Origin: Nitrospiria bacterium
Lineage (GTDB): Bacteria > Nitrospirota > Nitrospiria > JACQBW01
Assembly: GCA_041486115.1 (NCBI GenBank)
Contig: JBGPKT010000001.1
Coordinates: 405 to 64,404 of the forward strand
DNA: 64,000 bases
Direction of reading: 5' to 3'
Position numbers and translations under genes: made by a program. Under the pieces are notes generated by a model, which saw only the letters and a program-made list of their open reading frames with translations, did not search any database and was not told the DNA's origin. Below are positions 57,264-64,000 of this stretch, in pieces (positions within the stretch are counted from its first letter, which is position 1; each line of letters starts with the position of its first letter).

Positions 57264-59213
57264 ATGTCCACCATTGATATTGAGTCGGTCTTAAAAGAAA
57301 AAAGGGTCTTTAAACCCTCGCTCGAGTTTTCTAAATCGGCCCGCATTAAAAGCATGAAAGCGTATAAAACCCTTTATCAGCAGGCGGCCAAAAATCCCGA
57401 AAAATTCTGGGGAGGACTGGCAAAAGAACTCGACTGGTTTACGCCATGGAAAAAAGTATTGCAATGGAAAGAGCCCTTCTCCAAATGGTTTGTCGGCGGA
57501 AAAATAAACGCCTCCTATAACTGTTTGGACCGGCATCTCAATACCTGGCGAAAAAACAAAGCGGCCATAATCTGGGAGGGGGAACCCGGCGATTCCAGGA
57601 CGCTGACCTATCAGGATCTTCATCGCGAAGTCTGCAAATTTTCCAATGTCCTGAAGAGCCTCGGCATTCAAAAAGGGGACCGGGTGGCCATTTATATGCC
57701 GATGATTCCGGAACTCGCTATCGCCATGCTGGGATGCGCCCGAATCGGGGCGACTCATTCGATTATTTTCGGGGGATTTTCTTCCGAAGCTTTAAAAGAC
57801 CGGATTCTGGATGCGGAGGCAAAGCTGGTGGTCACCGCCGACGGAGGATTCCGGAAGGGGGCGATTGTCCCTCTGAAAGAAAATGTCGATCAGGCCCTGA
57901 AGTCAACACCCAGCGTCGAAAAAGTTATCGTCTGTCAAAGGACTAAAAATCCCGTTCAAATGGTTGCGGGAAGGGATCATCGCTGGACGGAACTCATGGC
58001 AAAGGCTTCGGACGTCTGTCCTGCCGCAAAACTCGATTCCGAACATCCTCTTTTTATCCTCTATACCAGCGGAACTACCGGAAAACCAAAAGGGGTGGTC
58101 CATTCCACCGGGGGTTATCTCCTCGGAGCTTACATCACCAGCAAATGGGTGTTCGACCTGAAGGATGAAGACACTTACTGGTGCACCGCCGATATCGGGT
58201 GGGTCACCGGACATAGTTACATCGTTTACGGTCCTCTGGCAAACGGGGCCACAAGCGTCATGTTCGAAGGAGCGCCCACCTATCCCCAACCTGACCGGGT
58301 ATGGGACATTATCGACAAATACAAAGTCAACATTTTCTATACCGCGCCGACGGCCATCCGTTCCCTGATTAAAAGCGGAGATGAATGGCCTCTCAAGCAT
58401 GATTTAAGCAGTCTCCGCCTTCTTGGAACCGTCGGAGAACCGATTAACCCCGAAGCCTGGATCTGGTATTACACCGTCATCGGGAAAAAGCGGTGTCCGA
58501 TCGTAGACACCTGGTGGCAGACCGAAACGGGGGCAATTCTGATCACGCCCCTTCCGGGAGCCATTCCGGCCAAACCGGGATCCGCCTCCCTCCCGTTTCC
58601 CGGGATTATCGCCGATGTGGTCGACAAACAGGGAAAACCGGTCAAACCGAATCAGGGGGGATATCTCGTCATTAAAAAACCATGGCCCAGCATGATGAGA
58701 ACGATTTACAAAGACCCTGAAAGATTTAAAAAACAGTACTGGACCCAGTATAAAGGGATGTATTTTACCGGAGACGGCGCGCGGAAAGACAAAGACGGTT
58801 ATTTCTGGGTGATGGGACGCGTCGACGATGTCATTAACGTCGCGGGCCACCGCCTGGGTACGATGGAAATCGAGAGCGCCCTGGTCAGCCATCCCGGCGT
58901 TGCCGAAGCCTCTGTCGTCGGACGACCGGATGATTTAAAAGGAACAGCCATTGTCGCCTTTGTCACTTTAAAAAATAAAACAAACCGTACCGACGAGCTT
59001 AAAAATGAATTGCGGCAACATGTCGTCAAAGAAATCGGGGCGCTGGCCAGACCCGATGAAATCCGCTTTACGGAAAACCTCCCCAAAACACGGAGCGGTA
59101 AAATCATGCGGAGGCTCCTGAGAGATATCGCCGCCAATCACCAGACTATCGGAGACACGTCGACCCTCGAAGATATTTCGATTCTTGCCAAACTGAGAGA
59201 AGATGAAGAGTAA
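57264..59213 (+). CDS. acs: acetyl-coenzyme A synthetase
   Basis: [14 protein letters not shown]-binding motif; typical Acs N-terminus [19 protein letters not shown] with GGGAGA SD. The track ORF begins at 57213. Confidence 0.93.
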   Translation: MSTIDIESVLKEKRVFKPSLEFSKSARIKSMKAYKTLYQQAAKNPEKFWGGLAKELDWFTPWKKVLQWKEPFSKWFVGGKINASYNCLDRHLNTWRKNKAAIIWEGEPGDSRTLTYQDLHREVCKFSNVLKSLGIQKGDRVAIYMPMIPELAIAMLGCARIGATHSIIFGGFSSEALKDRILDAEAKLVVTADGGFRKGAIVPLKENVDQALKSTPSVEKVIVCQRTKNPVQMVAGRDHRWTELMAKASDVCPAAKLDSEHPLFILYTSGTTGKPKGVVHSTGGYLLGAYITSKWVFDLKDEDTYWCTADIGWVTGHSYIVYGPLANGATSVMFEGAPTYPQPDRVWDIIDKYKVNIFYTAPTAIRSLIKSGDEWPLKHDLSSLRLLGTVGEPINPEAWIWYYTVIGKKRCPIVDTWWQTETGAILITPLPGAIPAKPGSASLPFPGIIADVVDKQGKPVKPNQGGYLVIKKPWPSMMRTIYKDPERFKKQYWTQYKGMYFTGDGARKDKDGYFWVMGRVDDVINVAGHRLGTMEIESALVSHPGVAEASVVGRPDDLKGTAIVAFVTLKNKTNRTDELKNELRQHVVKEIGALARPDEIRFTENLPKTRSGKIMRRLLRDIAANHQTIGDTSTLEDISILAKLREDEE

Positions 59214-59505
59214 AGAAACAGACTTTTCAAAAATAGTCAGAACGCATATCCTTGTTGCCGGGCGGGTTCAGGGGGTGGGGTACCGGAAGTTTGTCGTATT
59301 CCACGCCCTCCGGCTCGACCTGGCAGGTTTCTGCAAAAATCTCCCCTCCGGAGAAGTCGAAATAGAAGCCGAGGGACCACCCGAAAATATCAAAGAGCTC
59401 GTCACACACCTTCATGCCGGCCCGGTGAGAGGCAAGGTGGAGAAAGTGACCGCCTCCTCCTCTCTCCAGCCTCGATTCGAGCAGGGCTTTACCATCCGGT
59501 ATTAA
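59203..59505 (+). CDS. acyP: acylphosphatase
   Basis: [11 protein letters not shown] signature and [17 protein letters not shown]. Confidence 0.8.
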   Translation: MKSKETDFSKIVRTHILVAGRVQGVGYRKFVVFHALRLDLAGFCKNLPSGEVEIEAEGPPENIKELVTHLHAGPVRGKVEKVTASSSLQPRFEQGFTIRY

Positions 59506-59601
59506 GTAAAACGCCTGCTTTTACCTTGCTAAGCCCCCCTGTAAATATTATAATTTTAAATTATCTTTTCAAATCATGACTTTAAAAAAGGAATTCTCTC
59601 A

Positions 59602-60330
59602 ATGAAACTGCAAGGAAAAATCGCTCTCGTCACCGGGGGAGGAAGAGGGATCGGAAAAGCGATTGCCAAATGTTTTTCCCGAGAAGGGGCAAAAGTCGTG
59701 ATCTGCTCCAGGTCCGGAATGGAATTAAAAGACGCCGAAAAAGAGATTAAAAACGAAGGGAAAGATGTCCTTATCCATGTCGCCGACATCACCTCCATCC
59801 GCGAAGTCCAGCGCCTTTTTAAAACGATCAAATCCTATTATGGCCCGATCGATATCCTGGTCAACAACGCCTCTATCCTGGGGCCTAAAACTGACATCAT
59901 TTCATATCCCTATCAGGAATGGATCAAAGTCATCGATGTCAATATCACCGGAATGTTCAACGTGACCCAGTCTGCCTTAAAACAGATGTCTCTGAAAAAT
60001 TCCGGTTGTATCATCAACATTTCTTCGGGAGTCGGAAAAAGCGGAAAACCTCAATGGGGCGCTTATGCGGTCTCAAAATTTGGCGTCGAAGGGTTAACGC
60101 AGGTCCTCGCTCCTGAAGTGGCGCATCATAATATTCGGGTGATGGCTCTGAATCCGGGTCCGACCCGCACCCAGATGAGGGCTGAGGCCTGCCCGGAGGA
60201 AGACCCTCAAACGGTTCCCCCGCCGGAAAAAGTAGCGGAAACAGCCCTTTATCTGGCCGTCTCCACCACGATGAAAGACTCCGGAAAATCGTTTGACGCA
60301 AGGGATCTCTTCGACAAAACCTCTCCCTAG
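59602..60330 (+). CDS. SDR-family oxidoreductase
   Basis: TGGGRGIG cofactor motif, NNAS, catalytic YAVSK. Confidence 0.85.
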   Translation: MKLQGKIALVTGGGRGIGKAIAKCFSREGAKVVICSRSGMELKDAEKEIKNEGKDVLIHVADITSIREVQRLFKTIKSYYGPIDILVNNASILGPKTDIISYPYQEWIKVIDVNITGMFNVTQSALKQMSLKNSGCIINISSGVGKSGKPQWGAYAVSKFGVEGLTQVLAPEVAHHNIRVMALNPGPTRTQMRAEACPEEDPQTVPPPEKVAETALYLAVSTTMKDSGKSFDARDLFDKTSP

Positions 60331-60332
60331 CC

Positions 60333-61367
60333 ATGAAAGCCATTCTCCTTTCGAAACCCGGGGGGCCTGAAAACCTCGTCTACACCGACACGGCCGTTCC
60401 GGTCCTCTCCTCGCAGGATGTCCTCGTCAGAGTTAAAGCCTGCGCCGTCAACCATCTCGATATCTGGATTCGAAACGGCCTTCCGGCCTATAAAACCGTC
60501 TTCCCGCATATACTCGGATCGGATATTGCCGGAGTCGTCGAATCATCCGGGCCGGCGGTTCAGGGGTTCCCTCCCGGAACAGCGGTGATCGTGTCTCCTT
60601 CATGGAGTTGTTTTAAATGCTCCTGGTGCCTCTCGGGGAAAGATAATCAGTGCGCCGATTTCAGAATCGTAGGCGCCAGCCTGAATCTTGACGGAGGTTA
60701 TGCGGAATATGTCCGGGTCCCCATTCAACACCTTTTAATCGCCCCTCCTAACCTCTCTTTCGAAGAGTCGGCCTCTTTCCCACTAACTTTTTTAACCGCA
60801 TGGCACATGGTGATCTCCAGGGGACAATTACAACCGGGCCAGACGATTCTTGTCATCGGAGGAAGCAGCGGTATCGGCTCCGCGGCGATTCAGATCTCCC
60901 GCCTGGCGGGAGCCAGAGTCATCGCCACGGTCGGAAGTGCCGAAAAATTCGAGAAAGCTAAAACAATGGGAGCCGATTTTGTTTTAAACCATGAGTCCGA
61001 GCCGGTTCATGCCAATGTGAAAAAACTGACTCATGGAGAAGGAGTTGACCTGGTCTTTGAACATATCGGCCCTAAAACCTGGAAAGAAAGCATCGCCTCG
61101 CTGAAAAAAGGGGGAAAACTGGTCATCTGCGGATCGACCACCGGTCCGGCCACTGAACTCGACCTCCGGTTTGTCTTTTCCCGCCATCTCTCCATTTTAG
61201 GATCCTCTCTTGGCACCAGAGCGGAATTGATGACCCTGATCCACTTGATGGAAGAGAAAAAGCTCCGCCCTGTCGTTGACCGGGCCTTTCCTTTAAAAGA
61301 GGCTGGCAGGGCCCATGAACTCCTCGAATCAAGGAAGGTTTTTGGCAAACTGGTCCTGATCCCTTGA
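60333..61367 (+). CDS. zinc-type alcohol dehydrogenase / quinone oxidoreductase family protein
   Basis: MDR fold: GSDIAG, CxxCxxC..C structural Zn site, VIGGSSGIGSAA Rossmann motif. Confidence 0.85.
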   Translation: MKAILLSKPGGPENLVYTDTAVPVLSSQDVLVRVKACAVNHLDIWIRNGLPAYKTVFPHILGSDIAGVVESSGPAVQGFPPGTAVIVSPSWSCFKCSWCLSGKDNQCADFRIVGASLNLDGGYAEYVRVPIQHLLIAPPNLSFEESASFPLTFLTAWHMVISRGQLQPGQTILVIGGSSGIGSAAIQISRLAGARVIATVGSAEKFEKAKTMGADFVLNHESEPVHANVKKLTHGEGVDLVFEHIGPKTWKESIASLKKGGKLVICGSTTGPATELDLRFVFSRHLSILGSSLGTRAELMTLIHLMEEKKLRPVVDRAFPLKEAGRAHELLESRKVFGKLVLIP

Positions 61368-61395
61368 GGCGTTATTCCTGAACGGCAGGGACGCT

Positions 61396-62367
61396 TCACT
61401 CAGAATGCAACCGGGGAATCTCTTGTCTCCAATAATTCAAAATATCTTCAAGCGTCTGCTTGAGAGGAATCTCGGGAGCCCATCCCGTTTCCCCCTTTAA
61501 TTTTGAACAATCCCCTATTTGAAGAGGGGTGTCGGACCTTCTTAACTTGGTCGGATTCGTTCTGACCTCCACCGGCACCGACGACATCCCGATCAAGGTT
61601 TTTAAAATCTCTTCAATGGAAACGGCCTTCTCCGAAGCCACATGGTAAACCTCCCCCGGCTTCCCTTTTTCAATAAGCATTCCGTAAGCGCGTACCATAT
61701 CGCGGACATCGGTAAAGTCCCTTTTAGAGTCGAGGTTGCCGACCTCGATGAAGGGCTCCTGAATTCCCTGTTCAATCCGGGCGATCTGCCAGGCAAAATC
61801 AGAACAGACAAATTTAGAACTCTGCCGGGGGCCGATATGGTTAAATGGACGGACCCTGATAATCGGAAGGTTATAGGCATAAAAATAGTGGTAACCGATT
61901 AAATCGGCAGCCGCCTTGCTCAATCCGTAAGGATGGATCGGGCGGAGCGGTCGATCTTCTTTTAAAGGCATCTCCTCTTCTTTGACCGTGCCGTAGACAT
62001 CCGCTGAAAGGATAGCCAGAATCCAGGGGCTGGTCCGGCTCTTGATGACCGCCTCATAAAGGTTCATCGTGCCCAGGGCATTGACTTCAAACGCCTCTTT
62101 CGGATTATGCCAGGCGTCCATCACAAAAGCCATTCCGGCCAGATGGTAGATTTCATCCGGTTGCACGGATTGAATAACCCCCAGCAGTTCTTCTTCACGC
62201 TGAATCAGAGAAGGGTAAAGGGAAATCTTGTCCCGGATGGAGGCAAGGTAGGTTAAGGGCTCCCCCTCGATATGGGTTCCATGGACCTGTATTCCTTTTG
62301 AAAGGAGATATTCGGCAAGATGACTGCCGACGAAACCGCTGATCCCTGTAATGAGCGCTTTTTTCAT
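61396..62367 (-). CDS. NAD-dependent epimerase/dehydratase (extended SDR, GDP-sugar reductase-like)
   Basis: ITGISGFVGSHL, catalytic YGLSK. 4-nt overlap with the upstream GT gene. Confidence 0.85.
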   Translation of the reverse strand: MKKALITGISGFVGSHLAEYLLSKGIQVHGTHIEGEPLTYLASIRDKISLYPSLIQREEELLGVIQSVQPDEIYHLAGMAFVMDAWHNPKEAFEVNALGTMNLYEAVIKSRTSPWILAILSADVYGTVKEEEMPLKEDRPLRPIHPYGLSKAAADLIGYHYFYAYNLPIIRVRPFNHIGPRQSSKFVCSDFAWQIARIEQGIQEPFIEVGNLDSKRDFTDVRDMVRAYGMLIEKGKPGEVYHVASEKAVSIEEILKTLIGMSSVPVEVRTNPTKLRRSDTPLQIGDCSKLKGETGWAPEIPLKQTLEDILNYWRQEIPRLHSE

Positions 62368-63575
62368 CTAGGATTAAACCCGTTTATGAGGGGCCCGCCC
62401 CCGATCAGATTCTGATAGGCTTTTTCCATCTGACGAACGATCTGATTCCATCTGAAGTGCTCTTCAGCCTTTTTAAAACCGGCAAGACCGTAGGCACTTG
62501 CTACATCGCGATGATCGAGAAGGAACCCGACCTTTTCTTTCAAGTCGCCGGAATCTCCCGGCCGGACTAGAAGACCATTCACCCGATCTTCAACCACTGT
62601 TCTTACCCCCGGAAGAGATGAGCCGACAACCGGTTTTCCGCAGGCCATCGCCTCCAGCAGGACAATTCCAAACGCCTCAGACCGGTTGATGGATGGAAGG
62701 GCCGCAAGGTCGGCCAGGTTATAGTAGTCGGGAAGATCCTGATCGGCCACCCCGGTTATAAAAAGTACCCGATCCTCCAGGTTTTCTTTTTTAACCTCCT
62801 CGCGGTAAGCCGGAATCCTGTCTCCGTTTCCGACAATCAGGAGTTTAACTTCTTTCCGATTTAATTTCCCCACCGCTTCAATTAAAACCGAAACCCCTTT
62901 AAAATAATGGGCCCGGTCCAGCCCGCCCACAAATAACAAGACCTTGTCTTCGGGTAAAAGCTTTAACCGGTCCATCAATTTTTTATTTTTGTCTTTCGGG
63001 TAAAATTGCGAAGAGACCCCATAAGAGATTTCATAGCAAGGTTTTTTATCGAGAAACCGGGAGATCAGGCTGGTTTCGGCGTAATCACGGCTCGACACCA
63101 GAACCAGGTCGGATTGCCCGATCAATGAGGGGAGGATGCTTTTTCCGTATCCCTTAAAAAATAACTTGAGGGGCCCCTCGCCGATCACATCCATGTGATA
63201 ACTTAAAACAACCCTGGGAGGTTTGACAAACAGCCATTTCAACAAAAGGATCCACTCCGCACCCCCGAAAAATGGATAATGGAGATGAATAATATCATAA
63301 GAAGAAAGCTTCCAGAAAAGCTGAGGGGTCAATGCGGCGTTTCCATATTTCAGCCATGGGAGCAGGCGATGGACTTTAAATCCGGTTTCCGGTTCGATCG
63401 TCTCTGATCCTTTTCCATTTTGTGGTTCGGTTGATCCAAAAACCGGACCATAATCAGGCGTATATACCCCAATATCATGGCCGAGAAGAGAGAGTTCCCG
63501 GGCATAATGAAAGACGGCATTTCCGATTCCCCCGCGGTAAGGAGGGAAGGTCGAGACAATATGAGCAATCCTCAT
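62364..63575 (-). CDS. GT4-family glycosyltransferase with repeat-derived insert near the N-terminus
   Basis: EAFGIVLLEAMACGKPVV (E-x7-E). N-terminal loop GPVFGSTEPQNGKGSETIEPETG overlies repeat copy I. Confidence 0.85.
   Translation of the reverse strand: MRIAHIVSTFPPYRGGIGNAVFHYARELSLLGHDIGVYTPDYGPVFGSTEPQNGKGSETIEPETGFKVHRLLPWLKYGNAALTPQLFWKLSSYDIIHLHYPFFGGAEWILLLKWLFVKPPRVVLSYHMDVIGEGPLKLFFKGYGKSILPSLIGQSDLVLVSSRDYAETSLISRFLDKKPCYEISYGVSSQFYPKDKNKKLMDRLKLLPEDKVLLFVGGLDRAHYFKGVSVLIEAVGKLNRKEVKLLIVGNGDRIPAYREEVKKENLEDRVLFITGVADQDLPDYYNLADLAALPSINRSEAFGIVLLEAMACGKPVVGSSLPGVRTVVEDRVNGLLVRPGDSGDLKEKVGFLLDHRDVASAYGLAGFKKAEEHFRWNQIVRQMEKAYQNLIGGGPLINGFNPR
63381..63447 (-). repeat. dispersed modular repeat copy I (degenerate), in frame in the GT4 gene
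   Basis: The clear unit TGTGGTTCGGTTGATCCAAAAACCGGA (63421-63447) is preceded by the tail-like TCCGGTTTCCGGTTCGATCG. Confidence 0.5.
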
Positions 63576-63598
63576 GAGCGCTTATCCCTTCCGGTCTT

Positions 63599-64000
63599 TT
63601 AATACTTTCCCCGGCCAAATACTTTTGCGGAAACCTGAAATTTTTTAATTAAACGCGTCATCTCCTTCGATGAAATCCTCTTTCTTTTCATCATAGCAGA
63701 ACGCGCTCTGAACATTTCAGGGAAGGCCGCAGCCATGCCACGCCACGATTTGAATAAAAGAAGGATTCCTGAGAAAATCGAATGTTGTGCCACATATTGC
63801 CGGGCCATCCCCTCCCCTTTAAAGAGTCCATAAAACTGCCAGAAAAACCGGAGGAGAGTATACCATGGGCTCAAAAGCAAATAGCCTAGAGGGAGATTTT
63901 TAATCACCATCCATCCCCGGTTCCGTTCAATATAAAAGGCTTTTAACCGGGAGCCCCCGGAGGTCGATCCCGAAAACTCATGATAAACAACCGCCCCGGG
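63599..64000 (-). CDS. glycosyltransferase (GT2-like) C-terminal part; 5' end beyond window
   Basis: The frame is open from 64000. PGAVVYHEFSGSTSGGSRLKAFYIERNRGWMVIKNLP resembles the GT2 (rhamnosyltransferase-type) C-terminal region. Confidence 0.55.
   Translation of the reverse strand, partial: PGAVVYHEFSGSTSGGSRLKAFYIERNRGWMVIKNLPLGYLLLSPWYTLLRFFWQFYGLFKGEGMARQYVAQHSIFSGILLLFKSWRGMAAAFPEMFRARSAMMKRKRISSKEMTRLIKKFQVSAKVFGRGKY

Noticed and set aside
57291-58892. Three long minus-strand ORFs (57291..57758, 57903..58400, 58404..58892) inside acs
   Set aside because: They are antisense to acetyl-CoA synthetase and are typical high-GC-frame shadow ORFs.

Overview
The window is a 64 kb chromosomal segment from a Gram-negative bacterium, densely coded and mostly on the minus strand. 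The lineage cannot be assigned from sequence alone; the gene content and repeat types look Nitrospirota- or Deltaproteobacteria-like, at low confidence.

Gene content, left to right:
- 1-12.4 kb: an 11-gene chemosensory operon. In transcription order it encodes a DUF4388 protein, CheY, CheA, a CheW-like protein, an MCP, CheW, a REC protein, a HEAT-repeat protein, CheR, CheB and a coiled-coil/GAF protein.
- 13-19 kb: housekeeping genes purS-purC-mscS-purB, nusB-ribH-ribBA.
- 19.4-35.8 kb: a nitrogen and molybdenum block. It holds glnD, a porin-amtB-glnK operon, and a long operon. That operon encodes a Nas-like molybdoenzyme, a DmsB/DmsC-like fusion, nirB, nirD, a Fis-type HTH, mobA, a MOT1-type transporter, moeA and mog. 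The porin-amtB-glnK operon and the long Nas-like operon each sit behind a clear sigma-54 -24/-12 promoter.
- 36-47 kb: an ArsC-family gene, uspA, lysS, lolCE/lolD, secDF-yajC, tgt and argS.
- 47.5-48.7 kb: a small accessory islet with an IPT/TIG fragment, palindromes and vapBC.
- 48.9-64 kb: bamD, a siroheme synthase N-domain gene, an HIBADH-like gene, a frameshifted DUF2156 gene, a YkgJ-like gene, folB, a ferredoxin gene, a PAS histidine kinase gene, ccp, acs, acyP, two oxidoreductase genes and the start of a glycosyltransferase cluster.

I recognised no rRNA, tRNA or CRISPR array.

The most unusual signal is a dispersed modular repeat. It is built from 24-25-nt units, CCGGTCTTTGGACCGACCGATCCAY, followed by a tail AGGTCGGAAGGTCGG. 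It occurs nine times. Eight copies sit in frame inside seven conserved genes (cheB, cheR, cheA, ribH, the DUF2156 gene, the YkgJ-like gene twice, and a GT4 glycosyltransferase). This resembles the in-frame behaviour of Rickettsia palindromic elements.

Other points of interest:
- two further REP-like families, one of which fuses a Fis-type HTH ORF to mobA
- ~114-nt direct repeats bracketing the nitrogen block
- a G12 tract at the ccp ribosome-binding site
- an A10 frameshift in the DUF2156 gene
- a Tat-less Nas-like molybdoenzyme partnered with a fused FeS/membrane-anchor subunit
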